A stretch of 64,000 nucleotides of DNA. Origin: Octopus vulgaris (Eukaryota). Positions 1 to 13,097 of this stretch are shown piece after piece (position 1 is the first letter of the stretch; the number at the start of each line of letters is the position of its first letter). The stretch covers positions 51,832,001 through 51,896,000 of the forward strand of contig OX597823.1 in the NCBI GenBank assembly GCA_951406725.2, in the 5' to 3' direction. Below the pieces are notes generated by a model. That model was not told the origin of the DNA, did not search any database, and saw only the letters and a list, made by a program, of their open reading frames with translations. A program made the translations under genes and the position numbers.

Positions 1-81
1 ATGTATTTATATATGTATGTATGTATTACGTATGTATCTGTACATATATAACATATATATATATATATATATATATATGCA

Positions 82-238
82 ATGGGCTTCTTCTTTTCAG
101 TTTCTGTGTACTAAATCCACTCACAAGACTTTGGTCAGACAGAGGCTATAGTACAAGACACTTACCCAAGGTGCCACACAATGAGAGTGAACCTGGCACC
201 ATGTGGTTGGGAAGCAAGCTTTTTACCACAAATGCATG
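82..238 (-). mobile_element. SINE family A, 5' half
   Basis: Reverse complement of the family A head (ggtaaaaagcttgcttcccaaccacatggtgccaggttcac...ttgtgagtggatttagtac...gaaactgaaagaag), matching the copy at 28359. Confidence 0.75.
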
Positions 239-1231
239 TGTGCACCTATGTTTATCTACATAAATATAGAAAATTGTTTCTGAATATATACTTTTTATGA
301 AGAAATAGACAGCCAAATTCTTCACTTTCTGGGTTTAAGCCCTGCCTATACAGATGTTGCTTTTCCTTTTTCCAAGACAGATGCAATAACATCCAGTAAT
401 ACACTGGACATTGATTCAATTGAATACCCTCTTCTATAATTTTAATTAATATAATTTACTAACATAACAAAGACTGCCAAATCCTATCTCGGTCAACTTT
501 GTCTTTCGCTCTCCCTAGCATCAATAAAATGAGTACAAGAGATATTCTGAGGTTAATTTCATCAACTGTCTCCTCATATCGACATGGACTTGGACTTATG
601 ATTAAAACAAAATGTTCTAATTGCTGAGAATATTTTGAATCTGCTAAGATAATGCTTATTTTTTCTCACTAGTGTGACAGGAACCAGCTTCTTTTGTTTA
701 TTAAAATGTTTTTATTGACAGAGGCTTTCGATTCAAATGCTCCATCATCCTGTGGATAGTCTGTTTTTTTTTTTTCTTGTTGATCTGGGTTGGACAGATC
801 TTATGCCATCTTGCTCTCTGCTTTAGATCATTATGGTACTTTGTCAGCCGTTTGTCTTGCTAATGAATATTTTATTGAAAAGATGTTATATAGAGTCATT
901 TAACCATGATTTGAACAACAGAACAACATGCTAGAAATAGCAGCTACAGCTATATCAAATCACACCCAGCATGGGATAAAATAAATTCTAAAAATACAGA
1001 CAACATGGTAATTGTTAGAGTGGCTTTTAATCATATTGGAGCTGACCTAGGGTTAAACAACAACAATAAAATACACACACACATGTATGCACACACACAC
1101 GCATGCAGGCGTGCACACATAAACATTGACATACACAAACATATACGTACACATATACACACATACTCACTCTTTGTTATACAGTCAGTGTTTGTTGTAT
1201 GATCTCCAGATATATAAGAACATAGTATATT

Positions 1232-1541
1232 TGGACGGTGGCGCATAAAAAGCACATATCCGAATGTGGCCGATGCCAGTGGCGCCTTGACTGGCTTCCA
1301 TGCCGGTGGCACATAAAATGCACAAACCGATCGTGGCCGTTGCCAGCCTCCCCTGGCATCTGTGCTGGTGGCACCCACTACATTCATGGAGTGGTTGGCA
1401 TTAGGAAGGGCATCAAGCTGTAGAAACACTGCCAGATCAGACTGGAGCCTGGTGCAGTCTCCTGGCTTCGCAGACCCTGGTCAAACCGTCTAACCCATGC
1501 TAGCATGGAAAACGGACGTTAAACGATGATGATGATGATGA
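1232..1541 (+). mobile_element. SINE-like family C with (GAT)n tail (probably RTE-mobilised)
   Basis: Repeated tggc(a/g)cataaaa units, then ggttggcattaggaagggcatc...ccatgctagcatggaaaacggacgttaaac(gat)n; the same 3' end recurs at 10.3, 22.9, 61.2 and 62.7 kb. Confidence 0.8.
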
Positions 1542-2377
1542 TATCTGAGTGTCATAGTTCATCTTGAGGTTGACTTAGCTTAAGTACCAATAAGCCAGAG
1601 TCATCAGTGGTGATCAGAGAATAGAATAGACACCATCCATGCATCCCCACTGCCACCACCACCACTGCTGCCACTGGTACCACTACCATCACAATCAACA
1701 CCATCACAAGTATACAAACATCTTATTATGAATGATATGAAACAATTTAATGGCTATATTTAATGAAGGCATAATCACAATGTATATATAAATGCATTCA
1801 GTTTTTTCTGCATACATACATACATACATACACACATACATATACACTTACATATATACATGCATATATATTATTGGATGTACTTCCATATGTTATTGGC
1901 AATTTTACAATTTGATCAGCAAAGACATGTGTTGAAAAGCAGTTGTAATGACACTTAGCATATTAGAACATTCGCCAGCAATTATCAACCAATGATGCAA
2001 AAAAAACAATATTCTCGCAACAAAGTAAAAAGAAAACAAAAAAACAACAACAACAAAAAACACACAATACAAAATGAATATATATATCTTGGAATGATAT
2101 CAAAATTATTGATATGTTTATGGGTTCTGACAATACCCACAATAAAGACATTTTGAACATTCGCTTCTGATGTAAACTTTGTAATATTTTCTAATTTATT
2201 TTATCAAACTGATTGCCAATATGTCTTGGGGAATATTCTTCTTTCTCTATTATGAGAAGAAGTTCCAATGAAGCAGAAACACAGCGTTTAATTATATAAT
2301 TTTTAGAGTGTTTTTGGACCATTTTGAAAAGAAAGAATGTAAGTAAGCATGTTTTCAACTAAATATTCTGTAGTAGT

Positions 2378-2396
2378 ATTAGTAGTAGAGGTAGTG

Positions 2397-2464
<68 letters not shown>

Positions 2465-2520
2465 GATGGTGGAGGGGTAGTGGTGGCGGCAGCGGTGGCA
2501 GTGGTGGTGGTGGTTACTAT
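2378..2520. repeat. (TAG)n/(GGT)n compound microsatellite
   Basis: Long tagtagtag run grading into ggtggt. Confidence 0.9.
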
Positions 2521-2784
2521 TGTTGGCAGTGGTGATATCAATGTTGTTGTAATTGATAACAGTGTTTTTGTTGTTGTTGTTATTTAGCTTCAGGTTAACT
2601 ATGATTGAACAAACTCATAATCAAGTCATTCCAATTGTTGTTGTTTAACAGCAAATAGCCTCTGATCAAGCAAACCTATGATTAAAAGAAACAGACAAGC
2701 CATGAACGTCCCTTTTATATTCCATCTTTGGTAATACTGTATCACAAAGTACATCACCTAACGTGTATTTTTTTTTTGTTATAG

Positions 2785-3257
2785 ACACAAGCATGGCTGT
2801 GTGATAATGTTCTTCAACCACATGATTTTGGGGTCAGTCCTACTACATGGCACCTTAAACAAGTGCATTTATAACTTCAGGATGAACAAAGCCTTGTGAG
2901 TGGATTTACCACATGGTTCCAGGTTCAGTCCCACCTTGATCAAATGTCTTCAAATATAGCTTCAGACTAACCAAAGCCTTGTGAGTGGATTAATAGACGG
3001 AGACTGAAAGAAGCCTGTCATATGTATATGAGTGTGTTTGTGTGTGTGTGTGTGTATGTGTGTGTGCGTGTATGTGTGTGGTGTGTGTTGTGCGTGTTTG
3101 CATCTCTGTAACTTAACAGTTCAGCAAAAGAGACTGGTAATATAAGTACCAGGCCTAAAAAAATGTACTGGGGTCAATTCATTCAGCTAAAAATTCTTCA
3201 AGTTGGTACTCCAGCATGGCCGCAGTTTAGTGACAAAAAACAAGTAAAAGATAAAAG
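2785..3257 (+). mobile_element. SINE family A, diverged, with duplicated head fragment and internal (TG)n
   Basis: Head motif gccttgtgagtggattt occurs twice (near 2891 and 2976); 3' end ccagcatggccgcag...aaacaagtaaaagataaaag. Confidence 0.8.
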
Positions 3258-3281
3258 GCATGTATATATTTATATATATAT

Positions 3282-3697
3282 TCTTTTATTCTTCTATTTG
3301 TTTCAGTCATTTAACTGTGGCCATGCTGGAGTACCATATTCAGTTGAACAAATCAGCCCCAGAACATATTCTTTGTAAGCCTAGTACTTATTCTATCGGT
3401 CTCTTTAGCTGAACCACTAAGTTATGGGTACATAAATGCACCAACATCGGTTGTCAAGCGATGGTGGAGGGACAAACACAGACACACACACACACAGACA
3501 CACAGACACACACACACACACACACATATATACGACAGGCTTCTTTCAGTTTCCGTTTACCAAATCCACTCACAAGGCTTTGGTTGGCCTGAGGCTATAG
3601 TAGAGGACACTTGCCCAAGGTGCCATGCAGTGGGACTGAACCTGGAACCATGTGGCTGGTAAGTAAGCTTCTTACCCACACAGCCACTTCTGAGCCT
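3282..3697 (-). mobile_element. SINE family A, full length
   Basis: Reverse complement of 28359-28743, with internal (CA)n. Confidence 0.9.
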
Positions 3698-3879
3698 ACA
3701 TGTATATATAAGTATAATGCAAGGATGTATAATAAAGTATGTCATTCTATCCATTTTTTATTATTCATCTACATATATATATGTATATATATGAGTGTGC
3801 GTATCTTGGTGTTTTTTATCTTGATTTTACTTACTAGTTGTGAAATAATTGTCACTATCATACAAGTTATGTCACCCGC

Positions 3880-4061
3880 TTCCAATATTCAGCAAGAACA
3901 CATATGGACATGGTGAAATATTACCTTGCTTGGAAACAGGTATGGATTGGCAACAGGAAAACTATCCAACTGTAGAAAATTTGCCTTAATAAAACTGCAT
4001 CCAACCCATGCAAGTGTGGAAAAACAGACGTTAAAATGATAAGGATTTTGACAACGATGAT
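3880..4061 (+). mobile_element. SINE-like family C, old diverged variant
   Basis: ggcaacaggaaaactatccaactgtagaaa...ccaacccatgcaagtgtggaaaaacagacgttaaaatgat. Confidence 0.6.
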
Positions 4062-4128
4062 TGTAAGGTGGATGTTGATTGAAAGAGATTGTTCTGCTAT
4101 TTCTTGCTAGTCAAGCAATCATACAGAG

Positions 4129-4253
4129 CAGTGGTTCTTCTTTGTTTTTTTTTACCTATGGACTCTTTGATTCCTATTTTATTCATGTGGACCTTATAGC
4201 CATTTGATGATAAAAGAAATCTTTATTGTATTTTTATAATTAAATATTATTAG
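4129..4253 (+). mobile_element. hAT/Charlie-like MITE fragment
   Basis: Starts CAGTGGTTCT (Charlie-type TIR); the interior tagccatttga...tatttttataattaaatattatt recurs at about 62210-62265. Confidence 0.45.
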
Positions 4254-4530
4254 TGTTATGTCACACGTTCGGATGACTGCTACTCAACTCTCGACTTCTG
4301 TCGACATCTAGGCTTCTCCCACTATATCTACGTATTGGGCTAGCCTACTTCATCGTCTAGATGTAGCAGATTAGATGTTAGATGATACAGTTCAATGTAC
4401 CTATATAAAATGGAATGATCCTGACTGCAATGCCTTTGATCTTGCAATTGTTTAATCAAGGTCTGACTTGGAACTAAAAAACAATAAATAACAAATGTTT
4501 TTACCAAAGCACAGACAGAATTATATCCAT

Positions 4531-5128
4531 GCGGTGAGCTGGCAGAAACGTTAGCATGCCGGGCGAAATGCTTAACGGTATTTCGTCTGCCGTTACGTTG
4601 TGAGTTCAAATTCCGCCGAGGTCGACTTTGCCTTTCATCCTTTCGGGGTCGATAAATTAAGTACCAGTTACGCACTGGGGTCGATATAATCGACTTAATA
4701 CCTATGTCTGTCCTTGTTTGTCCCCTCTGTGTTTAGCCCCTTGTGGGTAATAAAGAAAAAGGTATTTCGTCTGCCGCTGCATTCTGAATTCAAATTCTGC
4801 CGAGGTCTACTTTGCCTTTCATCCTTTCGGGGTCGATTAAATAAGCACCAGTTACGCTCTGGGGTTGGTATAATCGACTTAATCCGTTTGTCTGTCCTTG
4901 TTTGTCCCCTCTGTGTTTAGCCCCTTATGGGTAGTAAAGAAATAGGTATATCATCTGTCTTTACATTCCGAGTTCAAATTCCACCGAGGTTGACTTTGCC
5001 TTTCATCCTTTCGGGGTCGATAAATTAAGTACCAGTTATGCACTGGGATTGATGTAATCGACTTAATCCCTTTGTCTGTTCTTGTTTGTCTCCTCTGTGT
5101 GTAGCCCCTTGTGGGTAATAAAGAACTA
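4531..5128 (+). mobile_element. SINE family B, trimeric (head plus three ~184-bp bodies) with 16-bp TSD
   Basis: A-box-like gagctggcagaaacgttagc and B-box-like gagttcaaattcc; body repeated at about 4578, 4761 and 4945; AGAATTATATCCATGC at 4517-4532 and 5129-5144. Confidence 0.9.
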
Positions 5129-6011
5129 AGAATTATATCCATGCAGCATGCAAATCTCCACACATCATTAAAGAATTTATGTCTTATTTGTTTGTAGGAG
5201 ATGGAATGCAGCCAAAATCAAAAATTGGGGGACATCCACAATAGCAAACGTTGTGAAGCTGGCTGTGGAGATGAAATGTGTGGTTTTTTTGTTATGAAAC
5301 AATGAAGTGCAATTTGAGTGAGATTTGGTTACTATATCTAGCAAATTGAGTGATCATATAGAGGCTCCTTCATTGGCTCATTGATATTTATTTTACAAGT
5401 AGTAAATATGGTAGTTCCAAGGTTCCTCTCTCATCTCATGGCAAGCACAGGTTATATATGAAAGAAGCTATGAGCTCTTTGTTGGCGGAACAGCATTGTC
5501 ATCATTTGTCACCAAGTAATAGTCAGTCTAACTGCAAGAAGGTGATGACATTTTGATCTTATGGCCTTTATCCTTCTTCTCATCTTATTCATCATTGTGA
5601 ATTAGCTTTCATGTGGTGCTTTCATATTATGTTATCTAACACTATCAATGTCAAACCTAACAGGATTTGAGTTTAGAACTCAGAAACATTGAGTAACATA
5701 TGATAAATATTTATTCCACCCCCTCAGTTTCTGTACTGTATTTACCAAATCTCTGTATCTGAGATACCAAATTAACTGAATCACTTCATTTCTCATATAT
5801 ATTTCCAATCCACACAACTTATACAGATGAGCTAGGACTTATGCTATACAAAATATAATGCATGAGAAGTAAAAAATTCTGGTTAACTGTGAAACAAATT
5901 TTGTCAAAATATTTATTCTACTAATATTTTTGTCAAAAGGGTACACATGTGAATGTATTTAAAATCTTGAACAAAATGTTACCTCTAGGAATGTTGATAA
6001 TATATTTTATT

Positions 6012-6224
6012 CTTTTCTACTCTAGGCACAAGGCCCGAAACTTTTGGGGAGAGGGCCAGTCGATTAGATCAACACCAGCACGCAACTGGTACTTAATTTA
6101 TTGACCCCAAAAGGATGAAAAGCAAAGTGGACCTCTGTGGAATTTGAACTCAGAACATAAAGACAGACGAAATACTGGTAAAATTTTCACCCAGTGTGTT
6201 AACGTTTCTGCCAGCTTGCCACCT
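6012..6224 (-). mobile_element. SINE family B
   Basis: Reverse complement of aaggtggcaagctggcagaaacgttaac...gagttcaaattcc...ctttcatccttttggggtcaataaattaagtaccag. Confidence 0.85.
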
Positions 6225-6756
6225 TATATATTTTATTGCAAAATATAAATATTTGTCAGATACTTTAGAGGCTGGACACAATTAAAACTTCCATTTGACA
6301 AGAATTTGGTGTGTTATTTGGATACAAAACTAATTGCTATGTTATATAGAGGATCAATAAGTTTTTTTTCTCCTCTCCATGGTCCCATCATAATCCAAAA
6401 CATGTAAATAAATCTTGCTGCCAATAGCCTCAAGTGAATTAACAGAAAGGTGGCAATATCACATTGTAGTAAATGTGATATTGTCTAAGAGACAAACATC
6501 CAATTGAGTAACAAAGTGATAGGGAGATTTAAATGCCCAAGGGTAGCCTACTGGGAACAGCGTCAATGGAAAGCCTAATGAAACCCTTCTACCAGGTACA
6601 TTCAGCTTATGGTTAATGTCAGTATATGAAGAAACCCCATGTTATTTATACCTACTGGTGTTAATATATGTAATACCCCAATGCCCTTATAATGGCCTTC
6701 ATGTGTTCAAGTTTGCATATATGTGCATTTGTATGGAGGCAGCAGCTGTGCAAATA

Positions 6757-7178
6757 CTCTTTTCTCTTTTTCTCTTTTTACTTGTTTCAGTCATTTGACT
6801 GTGGCCATGCTGGAGCACCACCTTTAATCGAGTAACTCGACCCCAGGACTTATTCTTTTGTAAGCCCAGTACTTATTCTATCGGTCTCTTTTGCCGAACC
6901 GCTAAGTAACGGGGACATAAACACACCAGCATCGGTTGTCAAGCAATGCTAGGGGGACAAACACAGACACACAAACACACACACACACATACATATATAT
7001 ATATACATATATACGACAGGCTTCTTTCAGTTTCCGTCTACCAAATCCAACTCACAAGGCATTGGTCGGCCTGGGGCTATAGCAGAAGACACTTGCCCAA
7101 GATGCCACGCAGTAGGACTGAACCCGGAACCATGTGGTTGGTTAGCAAGCTACTTACCACACAACCACTCCTGCGCCT
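6757..7178 (-). mobile_element. SINE family A, full length, CpG-retaining (young)
   Basis: Near-identical to 38952-39380 and to the reverse complement of 28359-28743. Confidence 0.92.
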
Positions 7179-7644
7179 ATCGAATGTCTATCGAATTTAT
7201 TGTACCTGTAATTAAAAAGGTCTGGCTTTGTCACAAAGTGACTCATTCTGGTTCTACTTGAGTATTACCTTAAAGGTATGTGCTTATGCAAAATACTCAA
7301 CCAATTAGAGGCTAATTCAATGAGCAGATAATTCAGCTGACCAAACAGCTCATTGTTGAAGCCAGCGGAGATCTATTTTACCTATATGTGTGTGTATATG
7401 TGTGCATATTTGTGCATGTGTGTATGTGTGTGTTTGTACACGCTTGTGTGTGTGTGTGTGTGTGTGTGTGCAAGTATATATGTGCATACATTTCTATAGG
7501 TAACATTTTGCTCAAGTATACATGTACATACATATATACATATGTATACATACATATCATGCCTAATTTATACATACATATATATGTATGGTATATACAT
7601 ACTTACATGCACACACAGCACACACATATATATTGTTGTTATTA

Positions 7645-7856
7645 CAGAATCATTAGCACACCGGACAAAACGCTTAGCAGCATTTCAACTGTCTTCACAC
7701 TCTGAGTTCAAGTGCAGCTGGTGTCGACTTTGCCTTTCATCCTTTAGAGGTTGATAAAACAAGTATCAGTTGAGTACTGGGGTCGATGTAATCAACTTAT
7801 CCCCTCCCCCAATATTTCAGGCCTTGTGCCTATAGTAGAAAGGATTATTATTATTA
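7645..7856 (+). mobile_element. SINE family B with (ATT)n tail
   Basis: cagaatcattagcacaccgg...ctgagttcaa...gcctttcatcctttagaggttgataaa...aggattattatt. Confidence 0.8.
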
Positions 7857-7857
7857 C

Positions 7858-8195
7858 TGAGTGAGAGAGCAGTGCATGCATCAAAGTGACACTGGAGTAA
7901 AATATACGAAGCCCAGTATACCCATCATGACTACCCGTCTGATAAGGGGACACTAGGCACATGCATCACAACCATATGTGCGCGACATGGTGATCTCATA
8001 TCAAGATAACCAGCACATGACCTTGCAGGTGGGGCCCAGTTAGAATTTTCTTCTGGTTGAGTAACCCAATCTGCTCAAACGGTCCCTGAATAAGGGTTGT
8101 TTAAGGATGTTGAACGAAACACCCATGTTTCCAGAGGTGAATTATTCAAACCCCAAAGAATCCCTCTCAACATGTCGCTATGATGCTCCCCCACA
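7858..8195 (-). mobile_element. Element E, 5'-truncated, in (ATT)n (possible Dong/R4-type 3' end)
   Basis: Aligns with 60222-60540; both copies share the tgagtgag end and are flanked by (ATT)n. Confidence 0.65.
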
Positions 8196-9883
8196 ATAAT
8201 TCTTACTATTACTATTATTATTATTATTAATACATGTTTGGCTTTTGCTTTGAATTTGTACAAATTGACTCCAAGTCTTGTCCAGAGAAGTTCAAGTTGG
8301 CATTATGACTAGGGTGTCACATTTATGATTTTGCAGAGAGTATTGTTCTAGAGAATGTCTGTCAAAACATACGAAAATTAAAAGTTTGTTTTAAAAGTAA
8401 TTTGATAAGATGATAGTGTAATACTAATAGGACAGTAAAAGGTATTTGCTATTATATATAGTTACAAGTACTTTTACAATGTTTACAGATTGAAATGTTA
8501 TGGGGATTACATAAAAAATATTTTTTGTAAGATATGAGCAGTTTCCATCAGCACTATTTTTAAAAATTTCTTTTATTTTTGGCTTTCCTGGTATCTGAGA
8601 CAGGCAGCAATCAGCCCCTTTTGCTATCATTCCACTAAGCACTGCATTTTGTCCGGCATGCTCACAATTCTGCCAGCCCACCTTGAACTTACATATTAAT
8701 CATAAAGTTAATGTAATCTTTGAATTATCACATTTGTGTAAACTGCATTAATTATTTTTGTTTTTTTTAAAATCATTTATAAGACTGAAGAATCTTAAGA
8801 ATCTTAACTCAGAACCAGTACTGGTACTTTGGTCTTCATCTCATTAGTGAAAGAGATGAATGACAATATTGATGCTATCAGGATTTGAGTTTAGAACTCA
8901 TAAGCATTAAGATAGGTTTGTAAATATCTAGTCCAGAGCTCTTCAGCTCCTGAATTACATTAACCATACATTTACCTAATTTATTTCATTTCTCATATAT
9001 TCTGAGTTACATGCAGTGAAGTATTATTTTTCTAATATCTTTCTCAGTGCTTTATTAAGGATGGTATCATGATACGTGATATCATCTAACTTTAACAGCA
9101 GAGATAAAGCAACAAATTATTGCTTACCATTATTTATACGATTCAGTTCTGCATCAAAATGATTTAATCTGGGAAGCTATTAGATCTTGATTAAATATTA
9201 AATATTTTTGCATGACATAACAACTCAATACAAATAGATATAATACACCATACTGACAGGAATAATGTCTGTCAGGAAACCACTTATAGTACATGAATTA
9301 AACGAGAAAAAAAAACCCCATATAGTTTCTTATAATATTATCAAGATAAAGATTTAAACTTAGATCTGTTTCTGTTGCATAATTTGAATTTTTTTCTGCT
9401 TGTCTAACATCACTGCAAACCATTGGGAAGTTTATATACTATTTCTATATATTTCAGACTGGTTGATTTGAACATGTTTCAGAAGTGGCATGAATGATAA
9501 GCTGCAACAGTGGCAAAATATATATTGGTTGCTTCCAGGTCAATTTCGTTTTGCCTACCTCTGAAGTATATTGTGTTTTTTTAACAGAATACATCTATAA
9601 AGGGACGTTTTATTGGATGAAAATCTGCAGCTTCTGGCTTTCAATGACACATGTTAAGTATGTTATATAGATGATGATATTATCAAGTATTTCTTACATA
9701 ACTTACTAAGATTGTATAAGCATAACATGTTCATCACTTTCTCATATCTCTAATAAATTTAATTGAGCTATAAATGCAGTGATAGCTAAAATCTATCAAC
9801 ATATGCCACGTATGTTTTTTCCAATTTTCTACCTTGAATAATTAAAAATAATTTATATCAATTTGTCTGTATGCTGTGCTTGA

Positions 9884-10098
9884 AAGGCAGCGAGCTAGCA
9901 GAAATGTTAGTATGCCGGACGAAATGCTTAAGTGAATTTTGTCTGTCTTTATGTTCTGAGTTCAAATTCCGCTGAGCTCAACTTTGCCTTTCATTCTTTT
10001 GGGGTCGATAAATTAAGTACCAGTTGCATACTGAGGTCGACTTAATCGACTGGCTCCCTCCCCCAAAATTTCAGGTCTTGTGCTTAGAGTAGAAAAGA
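9884..10098 (+). mobile_element. SINE family B
   Basis: aaggcagcgagctagcagaaatgttag...gagttcaaattccg...ggggtcgataaattaagtaccag. Confidence 0.85.
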
Positions 10099-10109
10099 AC
10101 ATGCTGTGC

Positions 10110-10423
10110 TAGAGAAGAAGACCCATTAAAGCAGGTGAAATCATAGTCATGGAAGAGACTAGTGTCACAAAGCTGACACTCATGCTAGTGGCACATAAAA
10201 GCATCCATTACACTCTTGGAGTGATTGGCATTAGGAAGGGCATCCAGCAATATAAACCATGCCAAATCAGACTGGAGTCTGGTGCAGCCCCTCAGCTTAC
10301 CAGCCCTGTTCAAACCGTCCAACCCATGCCAGCATGGACAACAGCTGCTAAATGATGATGATGATAATGGTGATGGTGGTGGTGGTGGCGGCAGTGGTGG
10401 TGGTGATGATGATGATGATGATG
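10110..10423 (+). mobile_element. SINE-like family C
   Basis: tggcacataaaagca...ggcattaggaagggcatccag...ccaacccatgccagcatgg followed by (GAT/GGT)n. Confidence 0.75.
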
Positions 10424-10993
10424 AATAGTGGGAGGATTGGTAGGGATTTGTTTGCTTTTTCTAACAGGTTTATTTACAACACAGAAATAAAATGGCAGGG
10501 TTGTTACAGCACCAGACAAAATATTTTGCTATATTTTGTTCTGATTCTCAGCATTCTGAGTTCAGATTTCTTGTTTTAGAATATTTTCTCCTCTCATTTC
10601 TGCCAATGTTGGAGGCTCTGTTATGAGTCATTAGCATTACCTTCCTTCTAACTTAGATATGAAAAAGGGCTCCCTCATCTATTATTGTTCTCTGGCTCAC
10701 AGAAGTTGTACCCCAATTAGACAATTTTGTTAAAAATATGCAATAAAACAATGAGATCCCTGTGCATATTGTTACCCCTTTTTACTATAATCAGTGCCCA
10801 CGTATTGTTTTTCTTCCTTTCATTTATTTGAAATGTTATCAGAGTAAATCTTTCTTAATCATTCTACTTATGCCTACCAAAGAAAAACTTCAGTAATCGG
10901 TAGATTTAAGGCAGACTGATGAGTTTTAAGACAAATGTAACTAGCTCCATGGAAAGATATATGTGTATGTGAACATGTGTGTGGATGTGTGTA

Positions 10994-11050
<57 letters not shown>

Positions 11051-11954
11051 AGACTATCAGACAGACAAGACAGACAGACAGTCAGGCTGGGAGACAGATA
11101 GAATGACAGAACGACTGTGACTTTTAGTGAAGACATAGTTGGATTGACGCAGAGAAAAACAGATTGCTGGTGAAGGATAGGCGATTCCTTGACCACAACG
11201 ACTGGGCCACATTAATAACTGGTCTAGAAACTGTTTTTATGGCCACAGTTGCAATTCTCTAAGCCCCTACCCCGCCACTTCTTTCTCTCACTTCCCTCAA
11301 TACCCCGGTTGTCATCCAGATTTCCTTTTTTACTTTACTCTTCTTTCTCCTTTCTCACTCCCTTTCTGAGGTCCTTTGTTCCGGACGGTGGGGGGTGGGG
11401 GGTTAGAATTAATAAGCTTTATATGATTCTGTGTGTGTGCGTGTGTGTGTGTGCACGTGTTTGTGTGTTTAACTGCTGGTTGGGATGAAGATGTATGGGT
11501 GCAGAATTGAATGCTGAATGCTAGAGTTTTGTACGGGTATGATATGTATTTCTGCATATGTGTATATGTCTGTATGCATACATGCATGTATATATTTATG
11601 TGTGTACATGGGTACATGTGTGTGCATGTATGTCTATCTACACATATGCACATGCATGTATTTAAGTATGTATGCATGTATTTATGTGAACATATATGTA
11701 CGTACGGTGAAGGCAATATAATGTATGTTGATGCCGAGATTCAAGATTCTAATTGAAAGCCAAAATAGATTGGCATTCGCTAATTTCCTGACTTGTGTAA
11801 AATATCTTCAAATCTAACCACATCAAAAGATAACATTTATAAAAATATCACACACAGCAAAAGGATCAATTAGGTAGGAAAGCTGGATGTTACCATGCAT
11901 ACGTGACGACCGACCGACAGAGTGTTTTTTTTTTATCACTGAATAAAATTGTCT

Positions 11955-12007
11955 CTCAGTCTGACTGGCTGTCAATCTGCCTGTCAGTCTGTCTGCTTGT
12001 CTGTCTG

Positions 12008-12063
<56 letters not shown>

Positions 12064-12276
12064 CCTTTTTCTGTCCCTCTTTTTGTCCCTTGTCTGTCTA
12101 GCCACCTATCACAATGTCTAGTCCTCCGTTTTCATCACTGTCTATTTGTCTATTTGTTCAACTTTTTATCTGTCTGTTTATCTGGCTGGCTATATCTATA
12201 TCTATTTTTCTGTCAGTCTGTCTATCTGTCTATCCATCTGTTTGTCTACCTACCTACCTACCTACCTACCTATACA

Positions 12277-12327
<51 letters not shown>

Positions 12328-12450
12328 TCTATCTATCTATTCTATTCTATTCTGTTCTATTCTATTCTATTCTACTTATCTATCTATTACCTATCTATCT
12401 GTCAGTCTGGTACCTTGTCTGTCTATCAATCTATCTTTCTATCTCTATGT
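11955..12450. repeat. Compound (CTGT)n/(CT)n/(CCTA)n/(TCTA)n microsatellite
   Basis: Direct inspection. Confidence 0.9.
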
Positions 12451-12549
12451 CTACATCAAAACTATCGTGTTGGCTGCCAAATGTTTACAGGGAAACGCAC
12501 CTTTTGCATATCTATTCTTAAAAGAGCTGTAAAAGACTTTCAAGATCCT

Positions 12550-12790
12550 CATCATCATCACAATTGACATTGCCATTCAATATGCAGTTTTCCATGCTTG
12601 CATGCATCAGACAGAATTCGTGGAGGCAGAACTCTGTGACTGAATACCAATCCTGTCACCAACCTTACTCTTATTTCCAAGCAAAGTAACATTTTCCACC
12701 CAACCATAAATGTTTTCATGGAAGATTGGAAATGTATAGCACCACTTGTATTACAGGAATACTTGTTTATAACTACTGTGTAATGTCAAG
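12550..12790 (-). mobile_element. SINE-like family C, old variant
   Basis: catcatca...ttccatgcttgcatg...tcctgtcaccaacc...tttccaagcaaagtaacatttt, reverse of the 3880-4061 type. Confidence 0.55.
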
Positions 12791-12871
12791 AGGAAGAAGC
12801 ACAAACACACACAGAAATACATCTACAAATGTGTGTGTGTGTGTGTGTGTGTGTGATGAGTTTCTTCCAGT

Positions 12872-13097
12872 TTCTTAGTTCTTTACCGCCCACAAGGGGC
12901 TACACACAGAGGGGAAAAACAAGAACAGACAAACGGATTAAGTCAATTATATCGACCTCAGTGTGTAACTGGTACTTATTTAATCGACCTCGAAAGGATG
13001 AAAGGCAAAATCCACCTAAGCAGAATTTGAACTCAAAACATAACGGCAGACGAAATACTGCTAAGCATTTTGCCTGCTGTGTTAACATTTCTGCTAG
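12872..13097 (-). mobile_element. SINE family B monomer (same tail as the 4531 trimer), inserted into a family A head
   Basis: Reverse complement of ...tccgtttgtctgttcttgtttttcccctctgtgtgtagccccttgtgggcggtaaagaactaagaa; family A sequence resumes at about 13100. Confidence 0.85.

Noticed and set aside
4578-5128. CRISPR-like regularly spaced repeats
   Set aside because: Whole ~184-bp units repeat with no unique spacers, in a eukaryotic context without cas genes
6946-7215. Recurring ORF family ...HLPKVPCSGTEPGTMWLVSKLLTTQP...
   Set aside because: Antisense translation of the SINE A head; recurrence reflects SINE copy number
10910-10945. CTGATGAG ttttaagac motif
   Set aside because: No GAAA and no stem I pairing
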